DNA from: Octopus sinensis
Taxonomy: Eukaryota
NCBI RefSeq assembly: GCF_006345805.1
Contig: NC_043001.1
Span: 21,204,001 to 21,268,000 of the forward strand
Direction: 5' to 3'
DNA length: 64,000 bases
Shown: piece after piece, positions 12,588 through 25,914 of the stretch
How the letters are laid out: every line of letters begins with the position of its first letter
Numbering within the stretch: the first letter of the stretch is position 1
Translations under genes and position numbers: made by a program
Notes under the pieces: model-generated
Database searches by the model: none
Seen by the model: only the letters and a program-made list of their open reading frames with translations
Told to the model about the DNA's origin: nothing

Positions 12588-13020
12588 TTGGCATGGGTTG
12601 GGTGGTTTGATATGGAGCTGGCCAACTGGGAGCTGTCCAGACTCCAGCTGTCTGTTGCAGTATGGTTTCTATGGCTGGTTCCCCTTCCTAACGCCAACCA
12701 CTTAACAGAGTGTACTGGATGCTTCTTGTGTGCCACCGACTTGGGTGTGTTAACGCAGCACCGGTACAGGTGCTTTTTATGTGGTACCAGTACCTGAAAG
12801 GACACACCTGTATGCATGGAAGGCAGAAATTTTACTTAGCTTGATGTGTTTTTTTTCAAGTACAGCAAATTGCCACATCTGCTGAGCCCTTGTCATTTCC
12901 TTAGTGAGGGCCAGCATCGATAGATCCTTTCTCATCACTTCATTCCATGTCTTCCTGGGTCTACCCTTTCCACAGGTTCCCAAGACAATTAGAGCTTAAC
13001 ACTTTTTTATGCAGCTGTCC
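12585..13020 (-). mobile_element. RTE-type LINE 3' remnant (ORF end plus family B-like 3' UTR)
   Basis: GTCGKGRPRKTWNEVMRKDL...W..AV is typical of RTE C-termini. It continues into the GTGGTTGGCGTTAGGAAGGG...CAACCCATG-(GAT)n tail. Confidence 0.75.
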
Positions 13021-13193
13021 TCTGTTTAATAAAATTTCTGATTGAAGATAATGGAAAGTGCACAGGTTCTTGAACTCTTAACTCACAGGAAATGTGATGA
13101 GAAGAACTTTCCAGTTGTTCTGGAATTCAAAAATGTGCTCCAAATACTTGGATTATATTACTACAACATACCAGCATTGGCATAAGTGTCCCA

Positions 13194-13418
13194 AAAGGTG
13201 GCGAGTTGGTAGAAACGTTAGCGCGCCGGGCAAAATGCGTAGCCATATTTCGTCTGCCGTTCACATTCTGCCGAGGTCGACTTTGCCTTCCATCCTTTCA
13301 GGGTCGATTAAATAAGTACCAGTTATGCACTGGAGTCGATATAATCGACTTAATCCGTTTGTCTGTCCTTGTTTGTCCTCTCTGTGTTTAGCCCCTTGTG
13401 GGTAGTAAAGAAATAGGT
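13194..13418 (+). mobile_element. tRNA-derived SINE family C
   Basis: GGCGAGCTGGCAGAA-type head with core GCCTTTCATCCTTTCGGGGTCGAT. Other copies at 1971, 18428, 28645, 35880, 49628 and 51990. Confidence 0.8.
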
Positions 13419-13584
13419 ATAAGTGTCCCACCGGGGTATTTCTTCTCAAGAAAATACCTGTTGTTCTATGGGACAAAATGTTTGTTGAGTTAGACACAAT
13501 GGGAAGAAATGAGAATAATATAGGAACTGGAACTGGAGAGAATGATGAACTCAGTAATCTTGGGAAATAAACTATATGAGAGTC

Positions 13585-13690
13585 CATTATTTACATTATT
13601 TATATTTGACAGATATTTGCTCTCATCTTGTTTGTTGTTAACAACAAGATGAGGACAAATATCCATCAAATATAAATAATGTAAATAATG
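13585..13690. repeat. Short foldback element
   Basis: CATTATTTACATTATTTATATTTGA...TCAAATATAAATAATGTAAATAATG. Confidence 0.85.
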
Positions 13691-14072
13691 TACACAATTC
13701 CTCATCTCTTAAATATAGAACTGTCTATGAGAGTCTTCCAGAATTCTAAAAACAAGATTTTTGACTTCATGGCTGGAAATATATTCTAGCTAACTGGTTG
13801 GTTCCATCCTAGCAGTAATGGTTGGCTGTTCTACTTTTGAAGTATTTTCATCTCTTATTACTCACAATGTATCACCTGCTTTTTTCCTCCAGACAGCCTT
13901 CCCCATTTTCCCTTTCTCTTTCTTACCTTATACCTCTTTTCATCTCATTATCTCCATCATCTTTCATGTCTTGTAAGTTCTGTTGTATGTTGTACATTAT
14001 TCACTAACAGGTAAAATTTATTTTGATTTAATCCATTCAAATTAATGCATTTGGAGTTTAAAAAATAAACCT

Positions 14073-14436
14073 AGGCGCAGGGGTGGCTGTGTGGTAAGTA
14101 GCTTGCTTACCAACCACATGGTTCTGGGTTCAGTCCCACTGTGTGGCACCTTGGGCTACTATAGTCTCGGGCTGACCAAAGCCTTGTGAGTGGATTTGGT
14201 AGACGGAAACTGAAAGAAGCCCGTTGTATATGTGCGTGTGTGTGTTTGTGTTTGTCTCCTCACCATCACTTGACAACCGATGTTAGTGTGTTTATGTCCC
14301 TGTAACTTAGCAGTTCAGCAAAAGAGACTGATAGAATAAGTACTAGGTTTACAAAAATAAGTCCTGGGGTCAATTAGTTTGACTAAAGGCAGTGCTCCAG
14401 CATGGCCACAGTCAAATGACTGAAACAAAATAAAAG
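14073..14436 (+). mobile_element. SINE family A
   Basis: Similarity to 149-551. Confidence 0.85.
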
Positions 14437-14881
14437 ACACGTCATCAGCAACCAAGGTGGAAAAATTTGAAGCCTTTAAATTTTGGTAAAATAACAATAT
14501 TATTGCTTATAATAGTCATATCCCTTATAGGAATTGTCACTGTTGAATTTAGAATTACTAAATCACTAATTAAAACTTTTTCCCCAACTTCATATAGTTA
14601 TTATATATATCCATTTCAATAGACAGTCAAATAGTGGCGAATGGGCCAGGTTGCCAGCTTGCCCTATGGCAAGTGGGCCCCTGCGCCATTAGAATCCTTA
14701 TATGGGGGCCCCATGTTAGTATCTAAGGGGCTCATCACCTAAAGTTTGAGAATTTTTTATTCACTCCTGGAAGAATGCATTCATTATTTCAGCCTGGCTG
14801 TGTTTGTAGACAGTTAAATAGAATACTTTTAACAAAAAAAAAAAAAATGATAGCATTGTAGTTGCGACTGGGCCCTATTAG

Positions 14882-15200
14882 TGTAGCATAGCTGATATCC
14901 TCACTGTTTGAGAGATATAGTAGAAATGATCTTGTGTTAGATAACAACCATCTTTGGCTAGTTTGACCCTGTTGTGTCCACTGCTCTGATTGGTTGGCAT
15001 TTGGCGCAGTTTGTCTTTTGACTTACTTCGCGCACAGCCTTCGGATAAGGTGTACTTCATTTGAGCCACCTTAACCCTATAAAAAGGCGAGATTGACAGA
15101 CTATCATTCGTCTTTTGGCTCTAGACCTTCTAAGGTCTAGTCACTAACCACAGAGCTATTCAACCATGTTCCAGCAACACCGGTCTTAGGTTCCAGTCCT
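14882..15200 (+). mobile_element. Possible LTR remnant
   Basis: Starts TGTAGC; ATTGG box near 14989; TATAAAA near 15078; cut off by the CR1 fragment. No second LTR or CA end seen. Confidence 0.3.
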
Positions 15201-15204
15201 TTTC

Positions 15205-15665
15205 AGGTGCTCAGAGTTATTATTTGTAAGATGGTTAATAATTTTATGGGTGACTGCCAAGTCAGCTGCCAGACGTCAGAGTTTCAATGTATCCATGCCC
15301 AGGGAAGTAAGGCGTTCAGAATATAGCAAATGCCTGATGGAGGGCATTCTCTTTGTTGCACGTCGTTGAACGATTTCCAGACGATTAATATCCTGGGCAA
15401 GATAGGGGTTCCAGACCGGTGATGCAAATTCCAGGTGAGGTCGCACCATAGCTATATAAAGCCTCAGATAGATAGCCGGAGAGTGGCTCACAAAGGACTT
15501 GGTAAGTGATGCCAAGAAACCCTCAGCCTTCTTGGCAATTTTAGCGAGGTGTTTTGTCCAACGCAAATTGCTGTCGACAATAATGCCCAGGTCATGTTCA
15601 CAAGAAGACTTTTTGAGATTAGTGTTGTGGAGGGAGTAAGTAGACGCTGGGTTTTTCCTCCCAAA
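15205..15665 (-). mobile_element. CR1-type LINE RT fragment
   Basis: LYIAMVRPHLEFASPVWNPYLAQDINRLEIVQRRATK. Confidence 0.9.
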
Positions 15666-16730
15666 CCACAGAAATATTTAAGAAACATGCAGTGGTCACT
15701 GAGGAAACTTGGATAGACAAATAGTTTGTGAGCATTGCATAACCATGTCCTGAGGTGCAATGTTGTATAAGCTATGCACTGAGGTGAATTCATTACTATG
15801 TTGTTGTTGTTATTTGTTCTTTCTTAAGCCATGCCTTGCTCATAAAGGCCAGTTTCCCGGTTTCATTGGATGGGATGCTTTAAAACACCAATGATCCACT
15901 TCTCACTGTTAATTTTTGATCCATTTCTTATCATCCCTATATATATATTTATTTATATATACATGTGTTGCTGTTCATATATATATTTATTGTATAAAAT
16001 CCATTCTGTCTATCTGTGTGTGTGTCTTCTAGGATCTCGGGCATCCTCCATCTGAGTGCACTCAAATATGATATGTAGATACCTACAGTATCAGGGCATG
16101 TATAAGTCTTGAAAAAATTACAAAAATCGATTTCGGGTGAGAATGCGATCGATAAAGCTGTGGGAACGTGCATTTGTACGCCCAAGTACTTAGTTCCCTA
16201 GGTTGTTGCTTTTCATCAGAAATCACCCCAATTTGATTTGCTACATGTTTTATCGGATAAACTTATTATTGTCCCAGGTACGTTCTCATAAATTCATCAT
16301 GCTTTTCCATCTAGATTTACCTCCAGCTAACCCATTTGCATGCATCATTTTTGTCCTGCTTTTCTTCCATCAAACTGTACATAACTGCACCTTCAATTTT
16401 TTGTTGTTTTTGTACTGCTTAAAGGCATGTTTCTTTCCTGCCAAGCTTACTGTTTAAACCATGTTTGTGTTCTCCCAGTCAACAGCCTTATCATTACTGG
16501 TACTTTAAACTCTTCGGTTGCATATTTGTGTGAATAAAATCGTTTTTCTTTGGAATAGAAAAAATCTATCTTTATTTCTTCTTTTGCTGGTGTCTCAAAT
16601 TTAGGTTAAATCAGTGTTTCTCAAAGGGGAGGCCTATGGGACGGTCGGACAAGTTGTTTTGAGAAAATTTGGTTTAAATGTTTGACAACTCAGTACCGTC
16701 CATTAGACAGGGTGGGGTAGTGGGGTGTTT

Positions 16731-16759
<29 letters not shown>

Positions 16760-16766
<7 letters not shown>

Positions 16767-17345
16767 CACAGGTCGCAGGTGAGCTGCTAGATGCAGGAGG
16801 GAAAAGTGAGAGAAAGTTATGGCGAAAGAGTCAGCAGAAGCTCACCATTACCTTCTGCCGGAGCCGTGTGGAGCTTAGGTATTTCACTCATAAACACACA
16901 CATCACCCAGTCTGAGTTTCAAACCTGCGATCCCTCGACTGCAAGTCTGCTGCTCCAACCACTAAGCCATATGCCTCCACTGAATCCATTACTATACTAT
17001 TACTAATTCTCACCTTGCTGACTTTTTTTTTCCAGTTTTTCAGCACAGTTACAGAGAAGGTAATACAGTGAGTAATTTAATTCATTTTTTTTCTCTCTAG
17101 ATTCTCACATAATGTTTTTGTATATTGTTCGTATTTGACAATGTGGGAGAGAAAATTTGATATGTGGTTTCATAGATAAACACGAGAGTACTTGACACTT
17201 GACATTGCAGCAGTTGATTATGTAAGATATGTTTTTAGAAACAATGGCTGTTATCTGCTATACTCTAATAATAATGTCTCCTTTTAAGTTCTCTAGTACT
17301 ATCTATCTCTTTGTCACTCTGTGTGTGCATGTGTGTGTGTGTGTC

Positions 17346-17422
<77 letters not shown>

Positions 17423-18023
17423 ATATATACACATTGATATATATACACAGGTCGCAGGTGAGCTGCTAGATGCAGGAGGGAAAAGTGAGAGAAAGTTATG
17501 GCGAAAGAGTCAGCAGAAGCTCACCATTACCTTCTGCCGGAGCCGTGTGGAGCTTAGGTATTTCACTCATAAACACACACATCACCCAGTCTGAGTTTCA
17601 AACCTGCGATCCCTCGACTGCAAGTCTGCTGCTCCAACCACTAAGCCATATGCCTCCACTGAATCCATTACTATACTATTACTAATTCTCACCTTGCTGA
17701 CTTTTTTTTTCCAGTTTTTCAGCACAGTTACAGAGAAGGTAATACAGTGAGTAATTAATTCATTTTTTTTCTCTCTAGATTCTCACATAATGTTTTTGTA
17801 TATTGTTCGTATTTGACAATGTGGGAGAGAAAATTTGATATGTGGTTTCATAGATAAACACGAGAGTACTTGACACTTGACATTGCAGCAGTTGATTATG
17901 TAAGATATGTTTTTAGAAACAATGGCTGTTATCTGCTATACTCTAATAATAATGTCTCCTTTTAAGTTCTCTAGTACTATCTATCTCTTTGTCACTCTGT
18001 GTGTGCATGTGTGTGTGTGTGTC

Positions 18024-18060
<37 letters not shown>
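16760..18060. repeat. Tandem duplication, period ~679 bp
   Basis: Identical ORFs at 16791 and 17470; units bounded by (TA)n; one 1-nt indel seen outside the microsatellites. Confidence 0.95.
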
Positions 18061-18063
<3 letters not shown>

Positions 18064-19245
18064 ATCATTATCGTTTAACGTTCACTCTCCATGCTAGCAC
18101 GGGTTGGACGATTTGACTGAGGACTGGTGAATCAGATGGCTGCACCAGGCTCCAATCTGATCTTGCAGAGTTTCTACAGCTGGATGCCCTTCCTAACACC
18201 AATCACTCTGAGAATATAGTGGGTGCTTTTTATGTGCCACCTGCACAAGGCTTTCCATTCACAAGGCTTTGGTCAGCCCAAGGCTATAGTAGAAGACACT
18301 TGCCCAAGGTGCCACGCAGTGGGACTGAACCCGGAACCATGCGGTTGGTAAACAAGCTACATACCACACAGCCACTCCCGCGCTTATGTAATTTTCTAAA
18401 CAAAATAAATCAATATATTATAATTTTAAGGTAGCGAGTTGGCAGAAACATTAGCATGCTGGGTGAAGTGCTTAGGGGTATTTCGTCCGTCTTAATGTTC
18501 TGAGTTCAAATTCCACCAAGATCGATTTTGCCTTTCATCCTTTCTGAGTTGATAAATTAAGTACCAGTTGCATACTGGGGTTGATCTAATCAACTGGCTC
18601 CCTCCCCAAAAAATTTCAGGCCTTGTGCCAAGAGTAGAAAAGAATATATTCTAAGTACACCACATATGTGGTAAATTATGAGAGGCTGCTGTAGAATGGA
18701 GAGTACTTTACAAAATCTGTTTCAGCTCTCTCCAAGTTCAAATCTGTTAAGATCAATTTTCCTTTTTATTCTTTCAGGGTTGATAAATTAAATACCAGTC
18801 AAATATCCTATCTGTCTTTTAGAATTGGCCATGTTGAACTATGAGGGAAGTTGTGGAGGCACTACTTACAGTGTCATCCTCTCTAGAAACGGAGAAGGGT
18901 TGTATGAAAGGGTTCACAAATTTTCATAGGTAAACTTCCAACCCATGCGAACATGGACAACAGACGTTAAATGATGATGATGATGATGCACACACATATA
19001 TATAAGTTTGATAAATACAAGACATATTAATTTGAATTATATTTTCTGTATCTAAATATGCTGATGCAACAGACAAAATTTGTCAGCTTTGTATGGTGAA
19101 TTCAACAATTAAAAATACGAATTTCTCTATCTGTATTTCTGTTGTCTAATACTCTGAATTTCTCAAAATCCTTCCAAATGATATTGAAGAATTACCTTGG
19201 ATGTGTTTTCTTCCTGCATTTATTGGTGTTTGATTGTTTGATATA

Positions 19246-19561
19246 GAAAGTCAGAAAACAGCACAGCTCCCATAACTTCAGGAAACATTTTTTCATGCTG
19301 AGAGTTGCTGAAGCGTTGAACAAACTGCCGGCATCAGTTGTTAGTTGTCGGAGCGCTGCATCCTTCAAAACTTCCATGCTTCCTGAGACTTGCCAACACT
19401 ACACCTGATTTTCTCCCCTCCATACACACGCAAGCATGTATCTGACTCATACATTGTTCGCTTTCCAGACATTTTTACATTACTGCATGTACTTTATATG
19501 CACTTTCTGACAAGTTGTAGTGCACCTGAGGACTGTATACAATAATTTCATTATTATTATT
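19246..19561 (+). mobile_element. CR1-type LINE 3' end
   Basis: Reverse complement of the 5471-5853 family; tail TTTCATTATTATTAT. Confidence 0.8.
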
Positions 19562-19719
19562 AACCCAATTCATCTAAAACTTAGTGCTTTATCTGCCTGG
19601 ATTTTTAAATCCATTTGTTCTTATATATCATCATTTAATGTCTGTTGTCCATTCTGGGATGGGATGGATGGCTTGGCTGGGCTGGCATGCAGGAAGGCTG
19701 CACCAGGCTCCAGTCTGAT

Positions 19720-20520
19720 ATATATAAATCAAATTTGTTGACTGGCATTCATGCTAGTGGAGAGCTAAGAGCACCGTCTAAGCGTGATCGTTGCCACAGA
19801 AGCAAACTGGCTTCCATGCCGGTGGCACATAAAAAGCACCATTCGAGTGTGAGTGTTACCAGCGTCGCCTTACTGGCACGTGTAAAAACATTTGAATGAG
19901 ATTGTTACCAGTGCCGCTGGACTGGCTCCTGTGCAGGTGGTACGTAAAAAACACCATTTGAGCGTGGCCGTTGCCAGTAGCACCTGACTGGCCCTCGTGC
20001 CAGCGACACGTAAAAGGACCCACTACACTCTCAGAGTGGTTGGCATTAGGAAGGGCATCCAGCAGTAGAAACTCTGCCAGATCAGATTGGAGCCTGATGC
20101 AGCCATCTGGTTTGCCAGTCCTCAGTCAAATCATCCAACCCATGCTAGCATGGAAAGCGGACGTTACCATCCGATCGTGGCCGTTCGCCAGCCTCGTCTG
20201 GCACCTGTGTCGGTGGCACATAAAAAACACCATCCGAGCGTGGCCGTCTGCCAGCCTCGTCTGGCACCTGTGTCGGTGGCACATAAAAAATACCATCTGA
20301 GCGTGGCCGTTCGCCAGCCTCGTCTGGCACCTGTGTCGGTGGCACATAAAATCACCCACTACACTCTCGGAGTGGTTGGCGTTAGGAAGGGCATCCAGCT
20401 GTAGAAACACTGCCAGATCTGACTGGCCTGGTGAGCCTTTGGGCTCCCCAGACCCCAGTTGAACCGTCCAACCCATGCTAGCATGGAAAGCGGACGTTAA
20501 ACGATGATGATGATGATGAT
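19720..20520 (+). mobile_element. Two family B elements in tandem
   Basis: The first ends at about 20166, directly joined to a second with three ~60 bp units that is nearly identical to 41073-41428. Confidence 0.8.
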
Positions 20521-21133
20521 ATACACACACACACATACATATATAATGGAAAGAAAATAATAAAGTAAACTGTATAATTTTTCCATTTCAAATAAAATAA
20601 AAACAAAACTTAACCAATTTTATTTCATATTAACATATTTATTATTTGACATTATTTAACACAGGTATTTATATTGTTTTTTGATGAAAATGAACAAAAT
20701 CTCAGTTCACCATTGAGAGAAAAAAAAAACCAACAAAACAAAACAAAACAACAGAGCGATTAAAATTTTAAACAGTAATTTAACATGTTTCGTTAAAGAT
20801 GTGCACAGATACAGTCAATGGAAAATACACAAGATTTTTAGATATATCACAGTTGGTTCAGGTTGCTAAACAAAGATAATATAAAATATGAAGGAGAAAT
20901 TATGATATTAGAAACCTGGAATAATTCAATTGTGTGTGTATATTACATATACTCATACATACACACTCTATTTTATATATATTAATATATATATATATAA
21001 ATTTAATTTAAAATTTAAAATGAGGGTGAGAAATTAGGTATTAATTTAATTAACATCGATTTCACACCAGTGGTCTAGCATATAAAAAAAACTGAAGGTT
21101 CAGTAAAATGGTATATATATGTATATATCTGAC

Positions 21134-21168
<35 letters not shown>

Positions 21169-21436
21169 CAGTAATAAGCTCAGTAGTAAAATGATATTCT
21201 CAGATTACAGAAGAACATGGAATGAAAATTAAATATACAAGAAAGAATATTAAGGTTGTTTTTAGTTTCAACCAAATTTATTCCTACACTACAATTTGGA
21301 ATGAAACAAACTGATTTTTATTTTCACTGTTTGCAACTAACAGGATTTGTTAAAAGTGATTTGAAAATATTTTTAGAAAAAAAGTCTTCCATTTAAATGT
21401 ATAATTTGCAAGTTTAACAATAGGCAATATACAAAG

Positions 21437-21673
21437 ACGTAACATATTTCTTAGCAGATAAGACGCACTTTTTAACCAAAAAATGTTTAAAAAGAAATTT
21501 TTAAAACAGGAGGGAAAAAAAAAAAAAAAAAAAAATCACCCTAGGTCCTACATGTGAAGTTGGGCCATGATACATACGTTAAGGTACTAAAAACTTTTTT
21601 CCTTGAATATGCGCTGCTGAATTAAGGTGCATCTAATATGCTTGTGTGTCTTTTATGCCATTCAAATACGGTT
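21437..21673. mobile_element. Degenerate pogo/Tc1-mariner-like MITE
   Basis: Decayed inverted ends ...ATATTTC..GATAAGACGCAC / GTGTGTCTTTTATG..AAATACGGT. Confidence 0.4.
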
Positions 21674-24600
21674 AATGCTAACAGAAATATAGATTTTATT
21701 AATCTACTGCAAGTAATTTTCTAGTGATCAAACTAAAATCTCTATTTGTATATTTGAAAGATCTTTGTCAAAACCTTAAAAATATGTTTCCAAATAAGAT
21801 TTGAAAATAACATTATTGAATATTTTCCATTATAACACTTGAAGACTTTGTATTCTGTCAGGACTACATCTATCTATCGTGATTTTGTCTAGGCACAGCA
21901 ATACTAATAACCAGTTGTTAGAACTATATACATATGCTTTAGAGTGAAGTGTTAGGCAAGTACAGGTTGTAATATTAATTATGAATGACAAGAGAACAGG
22001 AGTCACGTAATCCCTTTTCATTAGCTCACAGCCGTTTCTGCTTTCAAAAGTAGTGCACACAGAGCTGAATGTTTGTGCAACACCCTGTAGCTTCCTATAG
22101 CTGTAAGCTAATTTACCTGTAAAATTCAGAGCTGGAATTGTAAGTTATGCTTCATTTATGAATACACCTATGTAAAAAAAAAAAAAAAGATCAAAACAAT
22201 CAAATAGAAACATTAAAAAAACTTAGAAAGTTTACAGTGCTTTTGCCTAAATCCATACTTTGAACTATTTAGAACACCTGTTTATCATGAGGTACATTTA
22301 TAGAAGAGTTGATACCTATTCTCCACAACTAGGGGATCAAGGAGAAGATTAACAAAGGAGAAAGGGCTAACAAAACACCAGAAGTGAATGCAAACTTTGG
22401 AGCCATGGTCCTTTCTATCCTTCTTTATCTTAATTAGCTGCTCGTTAAGATATATGAATAAGGCACTTGGTTTTCAATTTTTCGGTTTATTTTAATCACA
22501 TTTGTTTTCACAAAATCTGAACAAATAGCTATTAAAAATGCCAAATGAGAAGACGATATTTAAACTAACATTGTCTCCGTGGTACAATCAGTAATATATT
22601 CAGCTCTTAGCCGGACGAATGGTAGTTCACGCCCAACCAGGGTTGTTAATTGTTTATATATTATAGATGAAAGTAAAGCTGTATGGTTAAGAAATTCACT
22701 TCCCAACCGCATTGTTTTGGGCTTAGTGTCACTGTATGGAATCTTAGGTAAGAATCTTCTATTATGACTCTGAACAAAACCTTATGAGTTGATTTAGTAT
22801 ACAGAAACTGAAAGAAGCTTGTTGCGTGTATGTAAGTGTGTTTTGGCCCAAGTCAATGGTCTTTCCCTTGGATAACATTGTTGGCATGGAGAAGGGTGAC
22901 CTACATGTATGGGCAACTGCTAGTCTTCCTAATGATATCTTGCCCAGATACTAGCAAAAGACTGATCTACCTTGACTGACAGTCACACCCACTAGACAAA
23001 TAACCACATCTTTCATCTACAAAGTTTTTCACCAATATTTTTTTTTTTCTATGAAGACAGACTTCAATTTTTCAACTTCAGTCTATTAAAGTAAACAAAT
23101 CAACATAAACTAGATTGTGTTGGAATATTACTTTTTGTAACTTTGGTTAGTAAAAGTAAAATAGCTAAATATTCATACACATCTGAATGGCAACACTTCG
23201 TTCAACAAAATAATTTTTAAAATCTATCTTGTATTCAAACTTTGTTAGAAGAAAATCTTTCACATAATTTCTTACTAGCAATTTGGTTAGGTTTACTGGA
23301 GGAAGGTACTTATATATAAAAATGAATTTACTTTTGAAATCATTTACAACAACTAATAAATAGACAGTTTAAAGTTTTCTTCTAGCTTGCACAGGCATCA
23401 TATGAGAAATTAGATAAAGTGACTCTACCAAGGTCACAGATATTGTTTGCAAAGAATGTACCATAATAGCGTTACGTTAACCTGCACTTTTAGAAACAGG
23501 GAACTGATAAATAGGAAATTTTATCAATTGAAAATATAATTTCTAATACCCTTAAACTGGCATTTAAACCAGCCATATCAGGCCTAAATAATCTACCTGC
23601 CTTATTTTCAAATGGACCAAATCTGGCCTATCACACCTATCCTACAATGTCATTCTAAAAATAAACAATCACATCATCGAAATCTCGAAGCTATGAGATA
23701 ATGCATGATTAATTCAAAACAATGTGAACAAATAAGCATTACATTTGACATTCTTCTCAATACTGACTTGATGTCTGTAATTAAGCCAGCAGTTATTAAT
23801 TGTTCTGTTGATATTTAATAACTAAACACAAAATGGTAAAACAGGACTATGCTTAATCCTAATTAAAATTAAAAATTTTTTTATCAATTATAAGAATTTA
23901 GCAAGCTCAAGAGAAGTTTCGTTAAATGCTTAATTAAATCAGAGAAACCCTAGCTTGTTTTCACCATTGCAAAAAATCTTGTATGAACTGAATTTTAGAA
24001 TAATAGCAAAGGAAGGATATTTGATAGAAATAATAGATGCACTTTCTACTACAAAATATAAAATAGCACCAGAATTTGAGTAAAAGAGACTTAAAAAAGC
24101 CCCCCCAAAAAACACCACAACACTGATTCAAAAACAGTAAAACATTTCCATGTTTCTCCTGCATACCAATCACAAAGTAATAAAAAAATTAAAAAAAGAA
24201 TTAATTTTTATCTATAGTACAAACTGAGTAAGAACTTAAAGGTGTTGGAGTGTAACTTACTTTCAAAATTTCTATAATATCCATTAAAGTATTTGGCAGC
24301 AACTTACCATATCTGTTCAATGTTTGTAAATGAAAGTGAAAAATGGAAAAAAAAAAAAAGTTCTAAAACATTGGCATGAAAAATATTCTTAAGGACACTT
24401 TAAAGGAAAAAAAAAGTCATCCATTGAAAATTGGCCAATAGAATATAATGTTATGTTATGCAAGCAGTTAAAAAAAATACAAATTAAACAACTTCATATA
24501 TATTGAGGTTAGGGCACATATGCTGAGATCAACAAGCAGGTGAACAAACTTATAAGAAAAATAATACCAGATTCTAGGTTCTCTCTCTCTCTCTCTGCCA

Positions 24601-24713
24601 GTATATATATATAATAATAATAATTTGAGGGAATATTATTCCTAACTTACAGGGAAAAATTCAATTTAGAAATACTAAATCAAATTTCACAAAATATAAT
24701 ATATATATATATG

Positions 24714-25026
24714 TAAAAATTAGAAAAAAACCCCACCTTTTATCAATTCAAAATGAACAATTAAATTACACCATCTAGAAAATTACATATAATAGAAATA
24801 TAAAAAATAAAAACAATAATATACCGATGATTAAGTAAATTGCAAAATAATAATAAAAATGTTATTCTACCAAATATATACGTTTTTATTATTATTTTGC
24901 AATTTACTTAATCATCAGTATATTATTGTTATTTTATTTTTTATATTTCTATTATATGTAATTTTCTAGATGGTGTAATTTAATTGCTCATTTTGAATTG
25001 ATAAAAGGTGGTTTTTTTCTAATTTT

Positions 25027-25028
<2 letters not shown>
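24714..25028. repeat. Near-perfect inverted repeat, ~148 bp arms, 19 nt loop
   Basis: Arms 24714-24861 and 24881-25028, between (TA)n and (CA)n tracts. Confidence 0.92.
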
Positions 25029-25066
<38 letters not shown>

Positions 25067-25877
25067 AATGAAAAGAAAAATTCAAGCTTATTACTCTAAT
25101 TTTGTGACTGAGAGCAATCTTCAAGAAGACCACCCACAATGAGAAACTTGGAGCAGTAAGTTATGCTGAATTTCTCAATTTGAAATATAAATTTATATAT
25201 TCACTCTATTGTCTTAGTATTGAATACTCTCTTCTTAGTACTAGCCATAAAAAAAAGCTACTACTATACATGCATACACAGACACACACACACGCATGCA
25301 AACATTATGATTTGTATATATATAAAAAGATATTTGGAAAAAAATATATCAATATATGTTTTGTGATCCAAAACTAGTTGACAGTTAATAGCAATTCAAG
25401 TTGTAATAAAATATTGAAAGATTGAAAAAGAAATGTCACAAGCATGAATTTAGGGTACAATTGATATTGAAGATAGACACAAAAATAAATATTATTTCAA
25501 TGACATACGTTGTATAACAATTGCAGTTGTTTAATATTATTAAAGCTTCTTATATATTTAAAATGTTTTTTTTTAAGAAAAAAAAAAACTTAGGCTTCAT
25601 AACCAGCGTTTGGATAAGGCACAATATCTACATATCTCAGCAAGATGAAATGTTAGAATTAAGCGTATAAAATTCTAGAGAATAAAGAACCCAGCATTTC
25701 ATGTGTAAGAAAAATATATGTACCAATTGACTTTTGTCAAAACTCATTCAAATTTAGTTCAGTTTGATTTACTTTAATATTCACAGGGTATCTAGTGATG
25801 TCTTTTTTTTCTTTACAAATAAAATTTCACAAAGCAACAGTTTCAGTTACTTATCAGCACCAGTTTTATAAATTGTT

Positions 25878-25914
<37 letters not shown>

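Noticed and set aside
17036-17100. Micro-exon for the plus-strand transcript
   Set aside because: Splice-like signals exist, but the following intron would be only about 40 nt and the region is duplicated.
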